From NCBI GenBank assembly GCA_963810935.1, contig CAWEPK010000009.1:1-64000 (forward strand): DNA of 64,000 bases. The letters run 5' to 3'. The translations under genes and the position numbers were made by a program. Positions within the stretch are counted from its first letter, which is position 1, and every line of letters begins with the position of its first letter. Below are positions 40,182 to 51,035 of the stretch, in pieces. Under the pieces are notes generated by a model. The model saw only the letters and a list, made by a program, of their open reading frames with translations. It did no database searches and was not told the DNA's origin. The DNA is from an uncultured delta proteobacterium. GTDB taxonomy: Bacteria > Desulfobacterota > Syntrophorhabdia > Syntrophorhabdales > WCHB1-27.

Positions 40182-41846
40182 CTACTCCAGGTAGGCGCCC
40201 TTGTCAGCGCTTGTCGCATGGCGCGCAAAGTGGGCAAGATACCCCTTCGTCACCCTGGGGGGCGGCGGGGTCCACTGCGCGAGGCGCTCCTTGATCTCGT
40301 CCGCGCTCAGCTCCACGCCGAGCGACCTTGCGGCTATATCTATAGTGATGACGTCTCCGTCGCGGATTACGGCTATCGGCCCGCCGTCTACCGCCTCGGG
40401 CACGAGGTGGCCTATGCACGGCCCTCCAGACGTGCCGGAGAACCTCCCGTCCGTAACGATGGCGACGGAGCGGTCGAGCCCCAGGTCAACAAGCAGCCAG
40501 GTGGCCATGACCATCTCCCTCATGCCTGGACCGCCTCTCGGCCCCTCGCAGCGGATAACCATAACCTCCCCTTCGTGCACCTTGCCGGAGAGCAGCGCCT
40601 CGATGCAGTCCTCTTCCTGTTCGAAGACCCTCGCCGGGCCCCGGTGCTTCTGCATCTCGGGCCGCACTGCCGTCTGCTTCACCACTGCCGTGCCCATGTT
40701 GCCTTTGAGGATGGCGATCCCGCCGTTCTTCCCTTTAGGGTTCGAAAGAGGGCGTATGACCTCCGTGTCCTTTATCTGCGCTACCTCCAGGTTCTCGGCA
40801 AGCGTCTTCCCGCTCGCGGTCATTACACCGGTGTCGAGGAGGTCCGCCATCGATTTCATGACTGCCTGGAGTCCGCCCGCCCGCTCGTAGTCTTCCATCA
40901 GGTATCTGGGGTCGGAAGGCTTTATCTCCATGATGGAGGGCGTTGCCCGGCTGATGGCCTCGAAATCGTCGAGCGTGAAGGGGTAGTCGAGCTCGTGTGC
41001 TATGGCGGGGAAGTGGAGGGTGAGGTTCGTCGAGCCGCTGGTTGCACAGCAGACCTTTACCGCGTTCCCGAACGCGCCGGGCGTCATTATGTCCTTTGCT
41101 TTTATCTCTCTCTCGACGAGCTCCATCACCTTACGGCCCGCATCGTAGGCTAGTGCCTCAAGGGCGGGGTCGCTTGCGCACAGTGCCGAGTTGCCCGGCA
41201 GCGAAAGACCGAATGCCTCCGCTGCAATGCACATGCTGTTCGCCGTCCCCATGAGGCAGCAGGCGCCGGGACCGGGGCAGACGGCGCGCTCGACATCGAG
41301 CAACTCGTCCCTGCCGATCTTGCCCTGCCTGTAGGCGACGAAATACTTGCCCATCGAAGAGCAGTCGAGCCTCTCCCCTTTATAGCTGCCCGAGGCCATA
41401 TAGCCCCCCGTAACGATGACGGTGGGCAGGTTGCACCTCGCTGCGGCCATTATAAGGCCCGGCACGATCTTGTCGCACGTGCCGATCATCACCGCCGCGT
41501 CGTAGCTCGCGTGCTCTATCATCATCTCGACTGAGGCTGCGATCAGGTCGCGGCTCGGCAGGATGTACTTGAACCCCACGTTGCCGCTGCCCTGGCCGTC
41601 GCACGGGGCGAGCACGTTGAAGGTCGTCGCCATGCCGCCGGCGTCCCTGATGCCGCGCTTGACTGCGGCTCCTATCCGGTCCAGGTGATACGAGCCGGGG
41701 AGTATCTCATTCCAGGTGTTGGCAATGGCTACTAAGGGCTTTTCCAGGTCCGCGTCGGTTGCTCCGACGGATCTCAAAAACGCCCTGCGCATGTAATATT
41801 GCGGTACGTCGGGACTGATATCCTTGCTTCGCAGCTTCGCGCTCAT
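40182..41846 (-). CDS. ilvD: IlvD/Edd-family dihydroxy-acid dehydratase
   Basis: CDG, CDKIVPG, CPGPGAC..MGTANSM, GPRGGPGMREM, TDGRFSG. Confidence 0.9.
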   Translation of the reverse strand: MSAKLRSKDISPDVPQYYMRRAFLRSVGATDADLEKPLVAIANTWNEILPGSYHLDRIGAAVKRGIRDAGGMATTFNVLAPCDGQGSGNVGFKYILPSRDLIAASVEMMIEHASYDAAVMIGTCDKIVPGLIMAAARCNLPTVIVTGGYMASGSYKGERLDCSSMGKYFVAYRQGKIGRDELLDVERAVCPGPGACCLMGTANSMCIAAEAFGLSLPGNSALCASDPALEALAYDAGRKVMELVEREIKAKDIMTPGAFGNAVKVCCATSGSTNLTLHFPAIAHELDYPFTLDDFEAISRATPSIMEIKPSDPRYLMEDYERAGGLQAVMKSMADLLDTGVMTASGKTLAENLEVAQIKDTEVIRPLSNPKGKNGGIAILKGNMGTAVVKQTAVRPEMQKHRGPARVFEQEEDCIEALLSGKVHEGEVMVIRCEGPRGGPGMREMVMATWLLVDLGLDRSVAIVTDGRFSGTSGGPCIGHLVPEAVDGGPIAVIRDGDVITIDIAARSLGVELSADEIKERLAQWTPPPPRVTKGYLAHFARHATSADKGAYLE

Positions 41847-42019
41847 CTCCTCCCTCCCATACGGTCCGCCTCAGGCGGATTGAAACCTGTATCAGATAAA
41901 GCTACCACTTCCTGAAGGTGCAAACAACAGGAAAAAGGGGGCAGGCCGATGTTCATAATCGGCTTGACGGCATGTGCGCCTCGAAGTCAAGAGGGGCGTC
42001 CGATTGTACGTATGTCCGC

Positions 42020-42048
42020 TTGACAGCAAACTCCCGGTGGGCGATACT
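42020..42048 (+). promoter_or_regulatory. Sigma70-type promoter, probably leaderless, of the helicase gene
   Basis: TTGACA, 17 nt, GATACT, 6 nt, GTG start at 42055. Confidence 0.6.
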
Positions 42049-42054
42049 CTTTTG

Positions 42055-44037
42055 GTGAAAAAGTATACACTGCATCGCGACCTTTCGCCCCGCAAGCTGC
42101 TTCTCGATTATGAAAATGAGCTGAACCCGGAGCAGCTCGCCATAGTCACGGCAGCCGACGGCCCCATCCTCGTCATAGCGGGAGCCGGCAGCGGGAAGAC
42201 CAGGGTCGTCACCTACAGGGTCGCCCGGCTGCTCGAACAAGGCGTTGCGCCGAATTCCATCCTTCTGCTTACCTTCACCAACAAGGCCGCCAGGGAGATG
42301 CTGCACCGCGTGGAGCATCTCATCAAGATGGATACACGCTACATATGGGGCGGCACGTTCCACCACGTGGGCAACCTGATCCTGCGCCAGAACAGCCGCA
42401 AAATCGACTTCAAGCCGAACTTCGCCATCCTCGACAACGAGGACGCGAAGGACATAATAGACCTGGCCGTGAAGGAGGCGGGGATCGACACGAAAGAGAG
42501 GCGGTTCCCCAAGGGCAACGTGCTGAAGGAGATATTCAGCTACGGCATCAACACGATGGAGGGCCTCGAACACTCCATCAATACGCGGTTCCCCTACTTC
42601 ATCGATATTCTGGACGAGATCGATGCGGTAAGGAGGAAGTACGCGGAGAAGAAGAAAGCATCGAACGCCATGGATTTCGACGACCTTCTCCTTTACTGGC
42701 ACGCCTTGCTCGCCCAGGACGAGGCCCTTCGGAAATACTACGCCTCGGTCTTTACCCACATCCTGGTCGACGAGTACCAGGACACGAACAGGGTACAGGC
42801 GGAGATCGTCGATTTCATGGGACTGGTAAACAGGAACGTCACGGTCGTGGGCGACGACGCCCAGTCGATCTATTCCTTCAGGGGAGCGAACTTCCGCAAC
42901 ATCCTGGAATTCCCCAAGCGTTACCCGGAGGCGAAGGTCTTCAGGCTGGAGACGAACTACAGGAGCACGCCTGAAATCCTCGACCTGGCGAACCACTCCA
43001 TCTCGCACAACAGCGAGCAGTTCGAGAAGAACCTCAAGGCGGTAAAGAACAGCGGGATAACGCCGGTCGTCACGTCCCTCAGAGACGTCATCCAGCAGGC
43101 GGAATTCGTCGCCCAGAGGATACTCGAGCTGCGCGACGACGGTGTCCCCCTGAACGAGATCGCCGTCCTCTATCGCGCCCACTACCATTCGATGGAATTG
43201 CAGATGGAGCTGACCCGGCGGGACATCCCGTTCGAGATCAGGAGCGGGCTGCGGTTCTTCGAGCAGGCACACATCAAGGACGTGGTGGCCTACCTCCGGG
43301 TGATGGTCAACCCCGGCGACGAGATCTCCTGGAAAAGGATCCTCAGGATGTCCCCCCGCATAGGCAAGAAGACGGCCGACAATATTTATGAATATTTAAA
43401 GGGTAACGACAACCCCGTAGAGCTCTTTATCAATAAAGAGATAGGCAAGCATTTCAAGTCGATGCAGCAGGAAACGGTGGATAAGCTGTCGAAGCTCTTC
43501 GGCGAGCTGGAGGGCCTTGCCAAGTACGATGCCCTTTCGGATATGCTTTCCGCCGTCCTGAGCAACGGATATATGGAATACCTGCGGTACACGTACCCCA
43601 ACCATGAGAACCGCCTGGAGGACATAAACCAGCTCATCAATTTTTCGAGTGACTACGATTCGCTGGTCAACTTCCTCTCCGAGCTAAGCCTCATGAGCGG
43701 TATCAGCGGAGAAGAGGTCGTGTCAGGCGCCACGGACGACGAACGGGTCGTCCTCTCCACCATCCACCAGGCGAAAGGCCTCGAATGGAAGGCGGTTTTT
43801 GTGATCTGGTGCGCGGAGGGGCGCTTCCCAAACCCGAAAGCCGTCGAAGAAGGCGGGACCGAGGAGGAAAGGCGGCTCTTCTACGTGGCCGTCACGCGCG
43901 CCATGGACGAGTTGTACCTCTGCTACCCCCTGATGGTTTTCGACAGGCAGGTCGGCTCGGTGATCCTGCGGCCTTCCCGTTTTGTCGCGGAGCTTGAGTC
44001 TGCGCACTACGAAGAATGGCAGATAGGTGAGGTCTGA
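42055..44037 (+). CDS. UvrD/PcrA-family ATP-dependent DNA helicase
   Basis: AGAGSGKT, VDEYQD, GDDAQSIY, NYRS, TIHQAKGLE, EERRLFYVA. Confidence 0.95.
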   Translation: MKKYTLHRDLSPRKLLLDYENELNPEQLAIVTAADGPILVIAGAGSGKTRVVTYRVARLLEQGVAPNSILLLTFTNKAAREMLHRVEHLIKMDTRYIWGGTFHHVGNLILRQNSRKIDFKPNFAILDNEDAKDIIDLAVKEAGIDTKERRFPKGNVLKEIFSYGINTMEGLEHSINTRFPYFIDILDEIDAVRRKYAEKKKASNAMDFDDLLLYWHALLAQDEALRKYYASVFTHILVDEYQDTNRVQAEIVDFMGLVNRNVTVVGDDAQSIYSFRGANFRNILEFPKRYPEAKVFRLETNYRSTPEILDLANHSISHNSEQFEKNLKAVKNSGITPVVTSLRDVIQQAEFVAQRILELRDDGVPLNEIAVLYRAHYHSMELQMELTRRDIPFEIRSGLRFFEQAHIKDVVAYLRVMVNPGDEISWKRILRMSPRIGKKTADNIYEYLKGNDNPVELFINKEIGKHFKSMQQETVDKLSKLFGELEGLAKYDALSDMLSAVLSNGYMEYLRYTYPNHENRLEDINQLINFSSDYDSLVNFLSELSLMSGISGEEVVSGATDDERVVLSTIHQAKGLEWKAVFVIWCAEGRFPNPKAVEEGGTEEERRLFYVAVTRAMDELYLCYPLMVFDRQVGSVILRPSRFVAELESAHYEEWQIGEV

Positions 44038-44441
44038 TGTCTACACTCCTTCGGACATGGCAACTGGCGAACGGCCTCAAAATAGAGATATTCGACGACT
44101 CGGTCGGCTACTACGGCGATTACTCCAGCGTCAAGCTCGTGATACGATGCAAGGTCGGCGTCAAAAAAGCATACCTGTGCTCCTTCGAGTCGCACCCCCG
44201 CTACAGTGAGGTCGTGGAGGTCTTAGCCAGCGAGGCGGAATACCTGCGGGAGATCACAAAGCCGGGCGTGCCGGGCAAAAGCCTCGCAGGGGTCAAAGCC
44301 TTTCTGGTGGACAAGTTCGAGGAGAACGCCCTCGGTTATATGGAGCGCGCGAATTTTCCCGAACGGTTCATACAAAAGAAATTCGAGGAAATAGCGAAAC
44401 AATTGTCAAAAGAGGACCACGCGGCCGATGGAGACCGATAG
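44037..44441 (+). CDS. Hypothetical protein
   Basis: Start overlaps the helicase stop (TGATG), GGTGAGG RBS. Confidence 0.7.
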   Translation: MSTLLRTWQLANGLKIEIFDDSVGYYGDYSSVKLVIRCKVGVKKAYLCSFESHPRYSEVVEVLASEAEYLREITKPGVPGKSLAGVKAFLVDKFEENALGYMERANFPERFIQKKFEEIAKQLSKEDHAADGDR

Positions 44442-45117
44442 GCGGGTGCCCCTTTCGCTCCTGTCGGAGACGAGGAGGGGCGCCATCGTTACGGTCGAGG
44501 GTGAAGGCGGCGAATACAGGGGCCGCATTGTCCGCATCGACGGGGAGGAAGCCGAGATACGCGTTTTCGAGGAACTTCCTTTCGGGAGTGAATCGCCCCT
44601 CCATATAATCCTTATCCAGGCGGTCCCGAAAAAGGAGCGTATGGAGCTTATCATCCAAAAGGCGACCGAGCTGGGCGCAGCGGCTGTTTTCCCATGCACA
44701 TCGGAGCGGAGCGTCGCCCGGGAGGCCGGCGGCGGGCAGGATAAATCACACCGATGGCAGGCGGTGGCGCGTCGGGCCGTCGAGCAGTGCAGAAGGCGCA
44801 TCGTGCCGCATGTTGCGCCGTGGCGGACCTTCGAAGAGGTTGTCTCTGATGCGGCCGCGTGCGGCGGCCTCAAGCTCATCCTCTACGAAAAAGAGCGGGG
44901 CACTCGCCTTACGGACTTCCTCAAACAAGCGGAAGGAGAAAGGCCCGAAAGGGTAGTCATAGCGTGCGGACCCGAAGGCGGCTTCACCGAAAACGAGGTC
45001 CTGACAGCAATCACAAATGGTTTTATCCCGGTAAGCCTGGGCGGACGAGTGTTGCGCTGCGAGACGGCCGGCCCGGCGGTGCTTTCGATCCTTCAGCATG
45101 AATGGGGGGATATTTAG
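44428..45117 (+). CDS. rsmE: 16S rRNA m3U1498 methyltransferase RsmE
   Basis: QKATELG, EQCRR, GPEGGF, LGGRVLRCETA. Confidence 0.92.
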   Translation: METDRRVPLSLLSETRRGAIVTVEGEGGEYRGRIVRIDGEEAEIRVFEELPFGSESPLHIILIQAVPKKERMELIIQKATELGAAAVFPCTSERSVAREAGGGQDKSHRWQAVARRAVEQCRRRIVPHVAPWRTFEEVVSDAAACGGLKLILYEKERGTRLTDFLKQAEGERPERVVIACGPEGGFTENEVLTAITNGFIPVSLGGRVLRCETAGPAVLSILQHEWGDI

Positions 45118-45138
45118 CGAAACGGACCGGGCAACGCG

Positions 45139-45375
45139 CTACTCCCACTCCTCATTTATCTTTCGTATACCCGCGTAGTAGCAGCATTGCTGGCTCCTGA
45201 AGTTGTTGTCGAAAACGCGGACATTCCCGTCCCCGAAACTTATGCGGACATAGCAGAAGCCGCCGGGCACTTCTGACGTCCTTTCCTCCACCACGACGCC
45301 CCTGCCCCAGCGTCTGTAGTGCTTGTGAAAAACATGGTCTCCCACCCTCAAATACAGGCGGTGCTCCCTTTCCAT
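45139..45375 (-). CDS. Small conserved protein, DUF3553-like
   Basis: GDHVFH...WGRGVV pattern. Promoter TTGAAA-17-TATTCT lies 6 nt before the ATG. Confidence 0.7.
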   Translation of the reverse strand: MEREHRLYLRVGDHVFHKHYRRWGRGVVVEERTSEVPGGFCYVRISFGDGNVRVFDNNFRSQQCCYYAGIRKINEEWE

Positions 45376-45513
45376 GGAAAAAGAATATATCATCAAATAG
45401 CCTATTTCAAGGGTGTCCGGCCCCGGCCGGTCTCCGGCCGGCAGATTGCATTGCGGCCTCCTTTGTAGCATAATCACTCAAGGGGCAAACACCCACAGGA
45501 GGGAGGCGATCGG

Positions 45514-46500
45514 ATGGACAGGGAGACCATACTACTCACCGGCGCCGCCGGGTTCATCGGATGGGAAACAGGCAAGAAACTCCTCGCGGAAGGCAGGCGC
45601 GTGGTCGGCGTCGACAACCTCAACGACTATTATGACGTGCGGCTGAAGGAGCACAGGCTCGCGGACCTGAAAGGCCGTGAAGGTTTCTCTTTCTACAGGG
45701 CCGATATAGAGGACATCCGGGCGTTAAGCGAGGTATTCGCTGAAAACCGTATAGACGCGGTCATCAACCTCGCGGCAAGGGCCGGCGTGCGTTACAGCAT
45801 GGAGAACCCGTTCGTCTATATGAACACGAACGCAAACGGCACCCTCAACCTGCTGGAGCTGATGCGAAAATACCGAGTAAAGAAGATGGTGCTCGCCTCA
45901 ACGTCTTCACTCTACGCGGGCCAGAAGATACCCTTCTCCGAGGAACTTCCCGTCAATACGCCGATCTCTCCATATGCGGCATCGAAAAAAGCGGCCGAGG
46001 CGATGCTCTACACGTACCACTACCTTTTCGGCATCGACGCCTCCGTCGTGCGGTATTTCACCGTCTACGGCCCCGCCGGAAGGCCGGACATGAGCATCTT
46101 CAGGTTCATCAAATGGGTCGATGAGGGCAGCGAGCTGGTCCTTTACGGCGATGGGTCGCAGAGCCGCGATTTTACCTTCGTCTCCGATATAGCGGAGGGC
46201 ACTGTAAGGGCGCTCAAACCCGTCGGCTTCGAGGTCATCAACCTGGGTAACAGCACGCCCCACGAGCTGAATGAGGTAATCTCGCTTATCGAGCAATACC
46301 TGGGCAAGAAGGCCGTTGTACGAAGGGAGCCGTTCCAGAAAACGGACATGGCTGCGACATGGGCGGATATCGGGAAGGCAAAGCGCCTCCTCAACTGGTC
46401 GCCGCAGGTGCCCCTCGCCGAAGGGCTCAAGGCCACGGTCGACTGGCACGTACAAAACAAGAAGTGGGCCGGCGACCTCGTAATCGACATGACTAAATGA
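45514..46500 (+). CDS. NAD-dependent epimerase (UDP-glucuronate 4-epimerase-like)
   Basis: TGAAGFIG, AARAGVRYS, YAASKK, VYGPAGRPDM. Confidence 0.92.
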   Translation: MDRETILLTGAAGFIGWETGKKLLAEGRRVVGVDNLNDYYDVRLKEHRLADLKGREGFSFYRADIEDIRALSEVFAENRIDAVINLAARAGVRYSMENPFVYMNTNANGTLNLLELMRKYRVKKMVLASTSSLYAGQKIPFSEELPVNTPISPYAASKKAAEAMLYTYHYLFGIDASVVRYFTVYGPAGRPDMSIFRFIKWVDEGSELVLYGDGSQSRDFTFVSDIAEGTVRALKPVGFEVINLGNSTPHELNEVISLIEQYLGKKAVVRREPFQKTDMAATWADIGKAKRLLNWSPQVPLAEGLKATVDWHVQNKKWAGDLVIDMTK

Positions 46501-46573
46501 GCGTGCTGCGCATAAGGTGGGCGACGGGCCGGGTGGATGGAACGGCGCGTTGCACTGTGTGGTATAATCCGGA

Positions 46574-47203
46574 ATGAAAAAGATTATTTCCTTCGACCTC
46601 GACGGCACCCTCGTTGACGGGCTGTACGGCAACATGGTCTGGCTGGACGGCATTCCCGGGGTCTACGCCGAAAGGCGCGGGATGTCCAGGACTGAAGCCG
46701 CGTCCGAGGTCAAGAAGGCATACGATTCGATCGGTGAATCGCATCTCTTGTGGTACGACATCGGCTACTGGCTCCGCCGCTTCGACCTTGCCGTTTCTGT
46801 CCCCGACCTCCTCGACCGCTATGCCGACTACATACGCCCGCTTCCGCACGTGACCGAGGTATTAGAGGCGCTCAGCGCGAAGTACCGCCTTGTCATCGCC
46901 TCTAACGCGGCCCGACTTTTTGTCGATAAGGAGCTGGACCATACCGGCCTCGGCAGGTATTTCACCCGCACCATCTCGGCTACGAGCGATTTCGCGATGG
47001 TCAAGAAGGAAGAAGGCTTTTACCGCCGCATGTGCGCAGACCTCGACGTGTCTCCCTCGGAAGTCGCCCACGTGGGCGACCATCGCGTCTTCGATTTCGA
47101 GGTCCCCCGCCTGGCCGGCATAGATTCCTACCATTACGACCCTGCGGCCGCCGCAAACGACGGCGCGATACGAGACATGCGAGACCTTCTGGAGAGGCTA
47201 TGA
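46574..47203 (+). CDS. HAD-family hydrolase
   Basis: FDLDGTL, SN, HVGD motifs. Confidence 0.9.
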   Translation: MKKIISFDLDGTLVDGLYGNMVWLDGIPGVYAERRGMSRTEAASEVKKAYDSIGESHLLWYDIGYWLRRFDLAVSVPDLLDRYADYIRPLPHVTEVLEALSAKYRLVIASNAARLFVDKELDHTGLGRYFTRTISATSDFAMVKKEEGFYRRMCADLDVSPSEVAHVGDHRVFDFEVPRLAGIDSYHYDPAAAANDGAIRDMRDLLERL

Positions 47204-47472
47204 AAAAGTGCCACAAGTGCGGCGCAGCCGTGAACGTGGAAAAGGTATCGAGGCATGACGAATGCGAGAAGTGCGGGGCCGACCTGCGCGTCTGCCTGAA
47301 CTGCACATTCTATGATAAGAACAGGGCGAACGAGTGCTTCGAGCCCCAGGTGGAAAGGGTCAAAGAGAAGGACAGGTCGAATTACTGCGACTATTTCCGC
47401 TTCAAAGACGACGCCGGGCAGAAGGACCCACGCACGGATGCACAAAAGGCATGGAAGGATTTGTTCAAATAG
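47200..47472 (+). CDS. Cys-rich (zinc-ribbon) hypothetical protein
   Basis: CHKC, CEKC, CLNC, NYCDYF. ATGA overlap with the HAD stop. Confidence 0.8.
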   Translation: MKKCHKCGAAVNVEKVSRHDECEKCGADLRVCLNCTFYDKNRANECFEPQVERVKEKDRSNYCDYFRFKDDAGQKDPRTDAQKAWKDLFK

Positions 47473-47490
47473 GCAACACGCAAGGCGCCT

Positions 47491-47730
47491 CTACGAATCT
47501 TCCCGCCGCCGCGTGTAAATAATTCTGTACCTCTCCGGGTCGAGCTCGAGGCAGGCAGTGCAGCCGCCTTCCACGCATGCGGCAAGCTCTTCCTTCGGCG
47601 GAAGCGGCTCAAGGAGCACGTCGAAGCCTATCGACTCGTACATTTCCCTCATCTCCAAAAAGCGCGGCTCTTCCGCTATGAAACGCTTCTCCCACCCCTT
47701 TTGAGCCAGCTCTTCCTCGCGTCTCGTCAT
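47491..47730 (-). CDS. Small hypothetical protein
   Basis: 79 aa, GWEKRF..EPR...YESIGF, CxxC. Confidence 0.7.
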   Translation of the reverse strand: MTRREEELAQKGWEKRFIAEEPRFLEMREMYESIGFDVLLEPLPPKEELAACVEGGCTACLELDPERYRIIYTRRREDS

Positions 47731-47738
47731 ATTAAATA

Positions 47739-48764
47739 TTATACCGGATCGCAGCCGTCCGAAGGAACGTTTTTGAAATAATCGATGGTTTGTTGCAGCC
47801 CTTCCCGTAGTTTCACTTTAGGCGTCCACTTAAGGCGGCTTTTCGCCTTGGAGATATCGGGGCATCTCCTTTTAGGGTCGTCTTCGGGCAGTTTCTTATA
47901 TACGACGGGTGATGAAGAGCCGGTCATACGGACGATCTTCTCCGCCAGCGCGCCAATCGGCGTCTCTTCCGGGTTGCCGAGGTTCAGTGGGCCGGGGAAC
48001 CCTGAGAGGTGGGGGACGGTGTAGTCCTTTTCTCTCGGGATCTCTCCCGTCTCGTAGTCCATCATCCGTATCATTCCCTCTACCATGTCGTCGATGTAGC
48101 AGAACGATCTCGTCTGCTTCCCGCTGCCGTAAATCGTGATCTCTTCGCCTGCCAGGGCCGATACGATGAAGTTGCTTATCACACGACCGTCATCGGGCCT
48201 CATCCTGGGCCCGTAAGTATTGAATATGCGGATCACCTTTATGTCAACGTTGTTCTGGCGCAGGTAATCGAAAAAGAAGGTCTCCGCCACCCTCTTGCCC
48301 TCGTCGTAGCAGCTCCTCCTGCCTACGGGGTTGACGTTCCCCCAGTACTCCTCCGTCTGAGGATGGACTTCCGGGTCGCCGTAGACTTCGCTGGTGGAAG
48401 CCTGTAATATCCTCGCCCTCACCCTCTTCGCCATACCGAGCATATTCAGGGCGCCGAGGACGTTGACTTTTATCGTCTTGACCGGATTGTACTGATAATG
48501 GATGGGGCTGGCCGGACAGGCCAGGTTGAAGATCCAATCGACTTCGAGGAGGATCGGCTGCGTGACGTCGTGCCTTACAAGCTCGAAGCCCTTGTGGTCT
48601 AGGAGCTGGGTGATATTCCGCCGCATGCCGGTAAAAAAGTTGTCCAGGCAGACGACTTCGTGCCCGTCGCGAATGAGGCGGTCGCAAAGGTGGGAGCCGA
48701 TGAACCCGGCGCCGCCCGTGACCAGAATGCGCTTAGGCTTCAGGTATGTCTTATAGGCATACAA
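47739..48764 (-). CDS. UDP-glucuronic acid decarboxylase (UXS family)
   Basis: [35 protein letters not shown]. Likely TTG start at 48764. Confidence 0.93.
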   Translation of the reverse strand: MYAYKTYLKPKRILVTGGAGFIGSHLCDRLIRDGHEVVCLDNFFTGMRRNITQLLDHKGFELVRHDVTQPILLEVDWIFNLACPASPIHYQYNPVKTIKVNVLGALNMLGMAKRVRARILQASTSEVYGDPEVHPQTEEYWGNVNPVGRRSCYDEGKRVAETFFFDYLRQNNVDIKVIRIFNTYGPRMRPDDGRVISNFIVSALAGEEITIYGSGKQTRSFCYIDDMVEGMIRMMDYETGEIPREKDYTVPHLSGFPGPLNLGNPEETPIGALAEKIVRMTGSSSPVVYKKLPEDDPKRRCPDISKAKSRLKWTPKVKLREGLQQTIDYFKNVPSDGCDPV

Positions 48765-48775
48765 ATATTGTCCCC

Positions 48776-50119
48776 CTATTCCGTGCCGGCCCGCTTCGAG
48801 TCCGGCCTGCCGATGCAGATATAGGCGAAGTCGAGCCTTGCCAGCGTCTTCGGGTTGTACTGGTTCCTGCCGTCGAATATGACGGGCGCCTTCATCAGCG
48901 ATTTCATCCGCTCGAAGTCCGGCTCCCTGAAAGAGAGCCACTCTGTAAGGAGGATGAGGGCGTCGGCCCCTTCAAGCACGTCGTACTGGTTCCTGCCTAA
49001 GGTAAGGACGCCGCTCTTGAAAATGTGGGAGGCCGACTCCATCGCCTTGGGGTCGTATGCGTGCACCTGCGCGCCCGCTTCCACCAGGCCGTTGATGATG
49101 TGGATAGCCGGCGCCTCTCTCATGTCGTCGGTGTTCGGCTTGAAGGCAAGCCCCCACACCGCGAATTTCTTACCCTTTAGATCTTTTCCGTAGAACGACT
49201 TTATCCTTTCCAGGAAGTAGAAGCGCTGGGCCTCGTTTACGTCCATTACCCGCTTCAGTATCGAGAAATCATAGTCGAACTCACTGCTCGTCTTTATCAG
49301 CGCCCTTACGTCTTTCGGGAAGCAGGAGCCACCGAAGCCTACGCCCGGAAAGAGGAACTTCGGCCCGATCCGCGAATCGGTCCCTATGCCCCTCATGACC
49401 TTCATAACGTCCGCCCCTACCCGCTCGCAGACGTTCGCTATCTCGTTCATGAAGGAGATGCGCGTCGCGAGCATTGCGTTGGCCGTATACTTGGTCATCT
49501 CCGACGACCGCAGGTCCATAGAAATGAGAGGAGCGCCCGTTCTTACAAAGGGGGCGTAAAGCTCGCCGAGGATCTCCTCGACCCTGCTGTTCGGGGAGCC
49601 CACGACAATCCTCTCGGGCTTCATGCAGTCATCGACGGCCATGCCTTCCTTGAGGAATTCCGGGTTGGAGGCGATGTCGAAGGGGATATCGAGGCCGCGC
49701 TTTTCGATCTCGGCCACGATCGCGTCCCTGACCTTCTCGCAGGTACCTACCGGCACCGTCGACTTCACGACGACCACGCGGTACTTCTCGATGCACCTGC
49801 CTATGTCGCGGGCCACGCTCAGCACGTAGCGCAGGTCCGCGGACCCGTCCTCGTCCTGGGGCGTGTTCACCGCAATAAATATGATCAGGCCGTGGGCGAC
49901 GGCCTCTTCTATGCTGGTAGTGAACCGGAGACGTCCTTCGGCCAGGTTGTTCTTGACGATCTCTTCCAATTGAGGCTCGTATATGGGTATCTCGCCGTTT
50001 TGCAGGCGCTCTACCTTCATATTATCGATGTCCATGCAGACAACGGTATTTCCCGTCTCCGCGAAACACGCCCCACTCACAAGCCCTACATAGCCTACAC
50101 CGACCACCGAAATGCGCAT
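48776..50119 (-). CDS. ugd: UDP-glucose 6-dehydrogenase
   Basis: [36 protein letters not shown]. Confidence 0.95.
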   Translation of the reverse strand: MRISVVGVGYVGLVSGACFAETGNTVVCMDIDNMKVERLQNGEIPIYEPQLEEIVKNNLAEGRLRFTTSIEEAVAHGLIIFIAVNTPQDEDGSADLRYVLSVARDIGRCIEKYRVVVVKSTVPVGTCEKVRDAIVAEIEKRGLDIPFDIASNPEFLKEGMAVDDCMKPERIVVGSPNSRVEEILGELYAPFVRTGAPLISMDLRSSEMTKYTANAMLATRISFMNEIANVCERVGADVMKVMRGIGTDSRIGPKFLFPGVGFGGSCFPKDVRALIKTSSEFDYDFSILKRVMDVNEAQRFYFLERIKSFYGKDLKGKKFAVWGLAFKPNTDDMREAPAIHIINGLVEAGAQVHAYDPKAMESASHIFKSGVLTLGRNQYDVLEGADALILLTEWLSFREPDFERMKSLMKAPVIFDGRNQYNPKTLARLDFAYICIGRPDSKRAGTE

Positions 50120-50455
50120 GAGGACTCTCCTTTCGCAGAAATGGTAACGTGTATAGGCCGCTCAAGTCAACCGAAAAGGCGTAGCTCGCCCGATCCGGCC
50201 CGGCCGCCGTTTCTTAAGTTTTTTCAGTATAAGCCGATCAATTGATTAAAACGGCGTACCCACTCCTTAGCCCCGGCGGGCAAGGAGTCTGACCAAATAG
50301 ATTCACCCCGATGTTTCCCTCCAGGCGAAGCCCTGACGATTACACTCTCGCAGGGCTTCGTCCCCCTCCTTACATAATGGATCGACAAAAGGGTCGACTC
50401 AGGCGGCATGTTTCGACAAGATTGTTCGCAGCGCGCCGCCTGGCCTGCACTTCTT

Positions 50456-50878
50456 TTACTCGGCGTCGGGTACCCATGCCTTGTGGTCGGGCACCCAGCG
50501 GCCGTTCACGGTTTGGCCCGGCACATCGACCCATTGCCCCCTGCTCGGTACAGGAGGTCCGGGGGCCGTTGCCTGTGGAGGCGGGGGAGCCGTATAGGCC
50601 GGCGCAGGGGGCGGCGCATATGCCGGGGCGGGGGCCGCGTAAACGGCAGGCGGGGCGCTGTAGACAACCGCAGGCGGCGGGTAGGCGTAAACGGGCGGGG
50701 GGGCGGCGTACCACGGCCGCGCCAGTGCGGCGCCGAGCACTACTCCGCCGGCGAAAAGGCCGGGTCCGTACCAGCCGCGGCCATGCCAGCCGCGCCACGC
50801 ATGGCTTTCCACCGGAATAAGAAGAAGAGAGATACCGACGAGCACCGCCACTGCCAAAACAAGGTTTTTCCTTCCCAT
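50456..50878 (-). CDS. Secreted proline-rich protein
   Basis: Signal peptide, PPPVYAYPPP repeats, WV.VPGQ.VNG.WVP.H. GGAGG RBS. Confidence 0.8.
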   Translation of the reverse strand: MGRKNLVLAVAVLVGISLLLIPVESHAWRGWHGRGWYGPGLFAGGVVLGAALARPWYAAPPPVYAYPPPAVVYSAPPAVYAAPAPAYAPPPAPAYTAPPPPQATAPGPPVPSRGQWVDVPGQTVNGRWVPDHKAWVPDAE

Positions 50879-50917
50879 AGCCACACCTCCTGGTGCAAAT
50901 GTATACACAATCGGCAA

Positions 50918-50933
50918 AGCAAGTTGTGTGCCA
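50918..50933 (-). promoter_or_regulatory. Sigma54 promoter
   Basis: Minus strand TGGCACACAACTTGCT matches the -24/-12 consensus. Confidence 0.75.
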
Positions 50934-50963
50934 CCGGCGCAGCAGACCGTCGCCGCCCTGCCG

Positions 50964-50992
50964 TGTAACCTTTAGTCGGAAACAGGCGACTA
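50964..50992 (+). promoter_or_regulatory. Putative ECF-sigma autoregulatory promoter
   Basis: TGTAACC, 16 nt, CGACTA directly upstream of the ECF sigma gene. Confidence 0.6.
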
Positions 50993-51035
50993 TATGGTTA
51001 AGGATTACCTTGAGTTGGGTTATAATACAGTAGTT

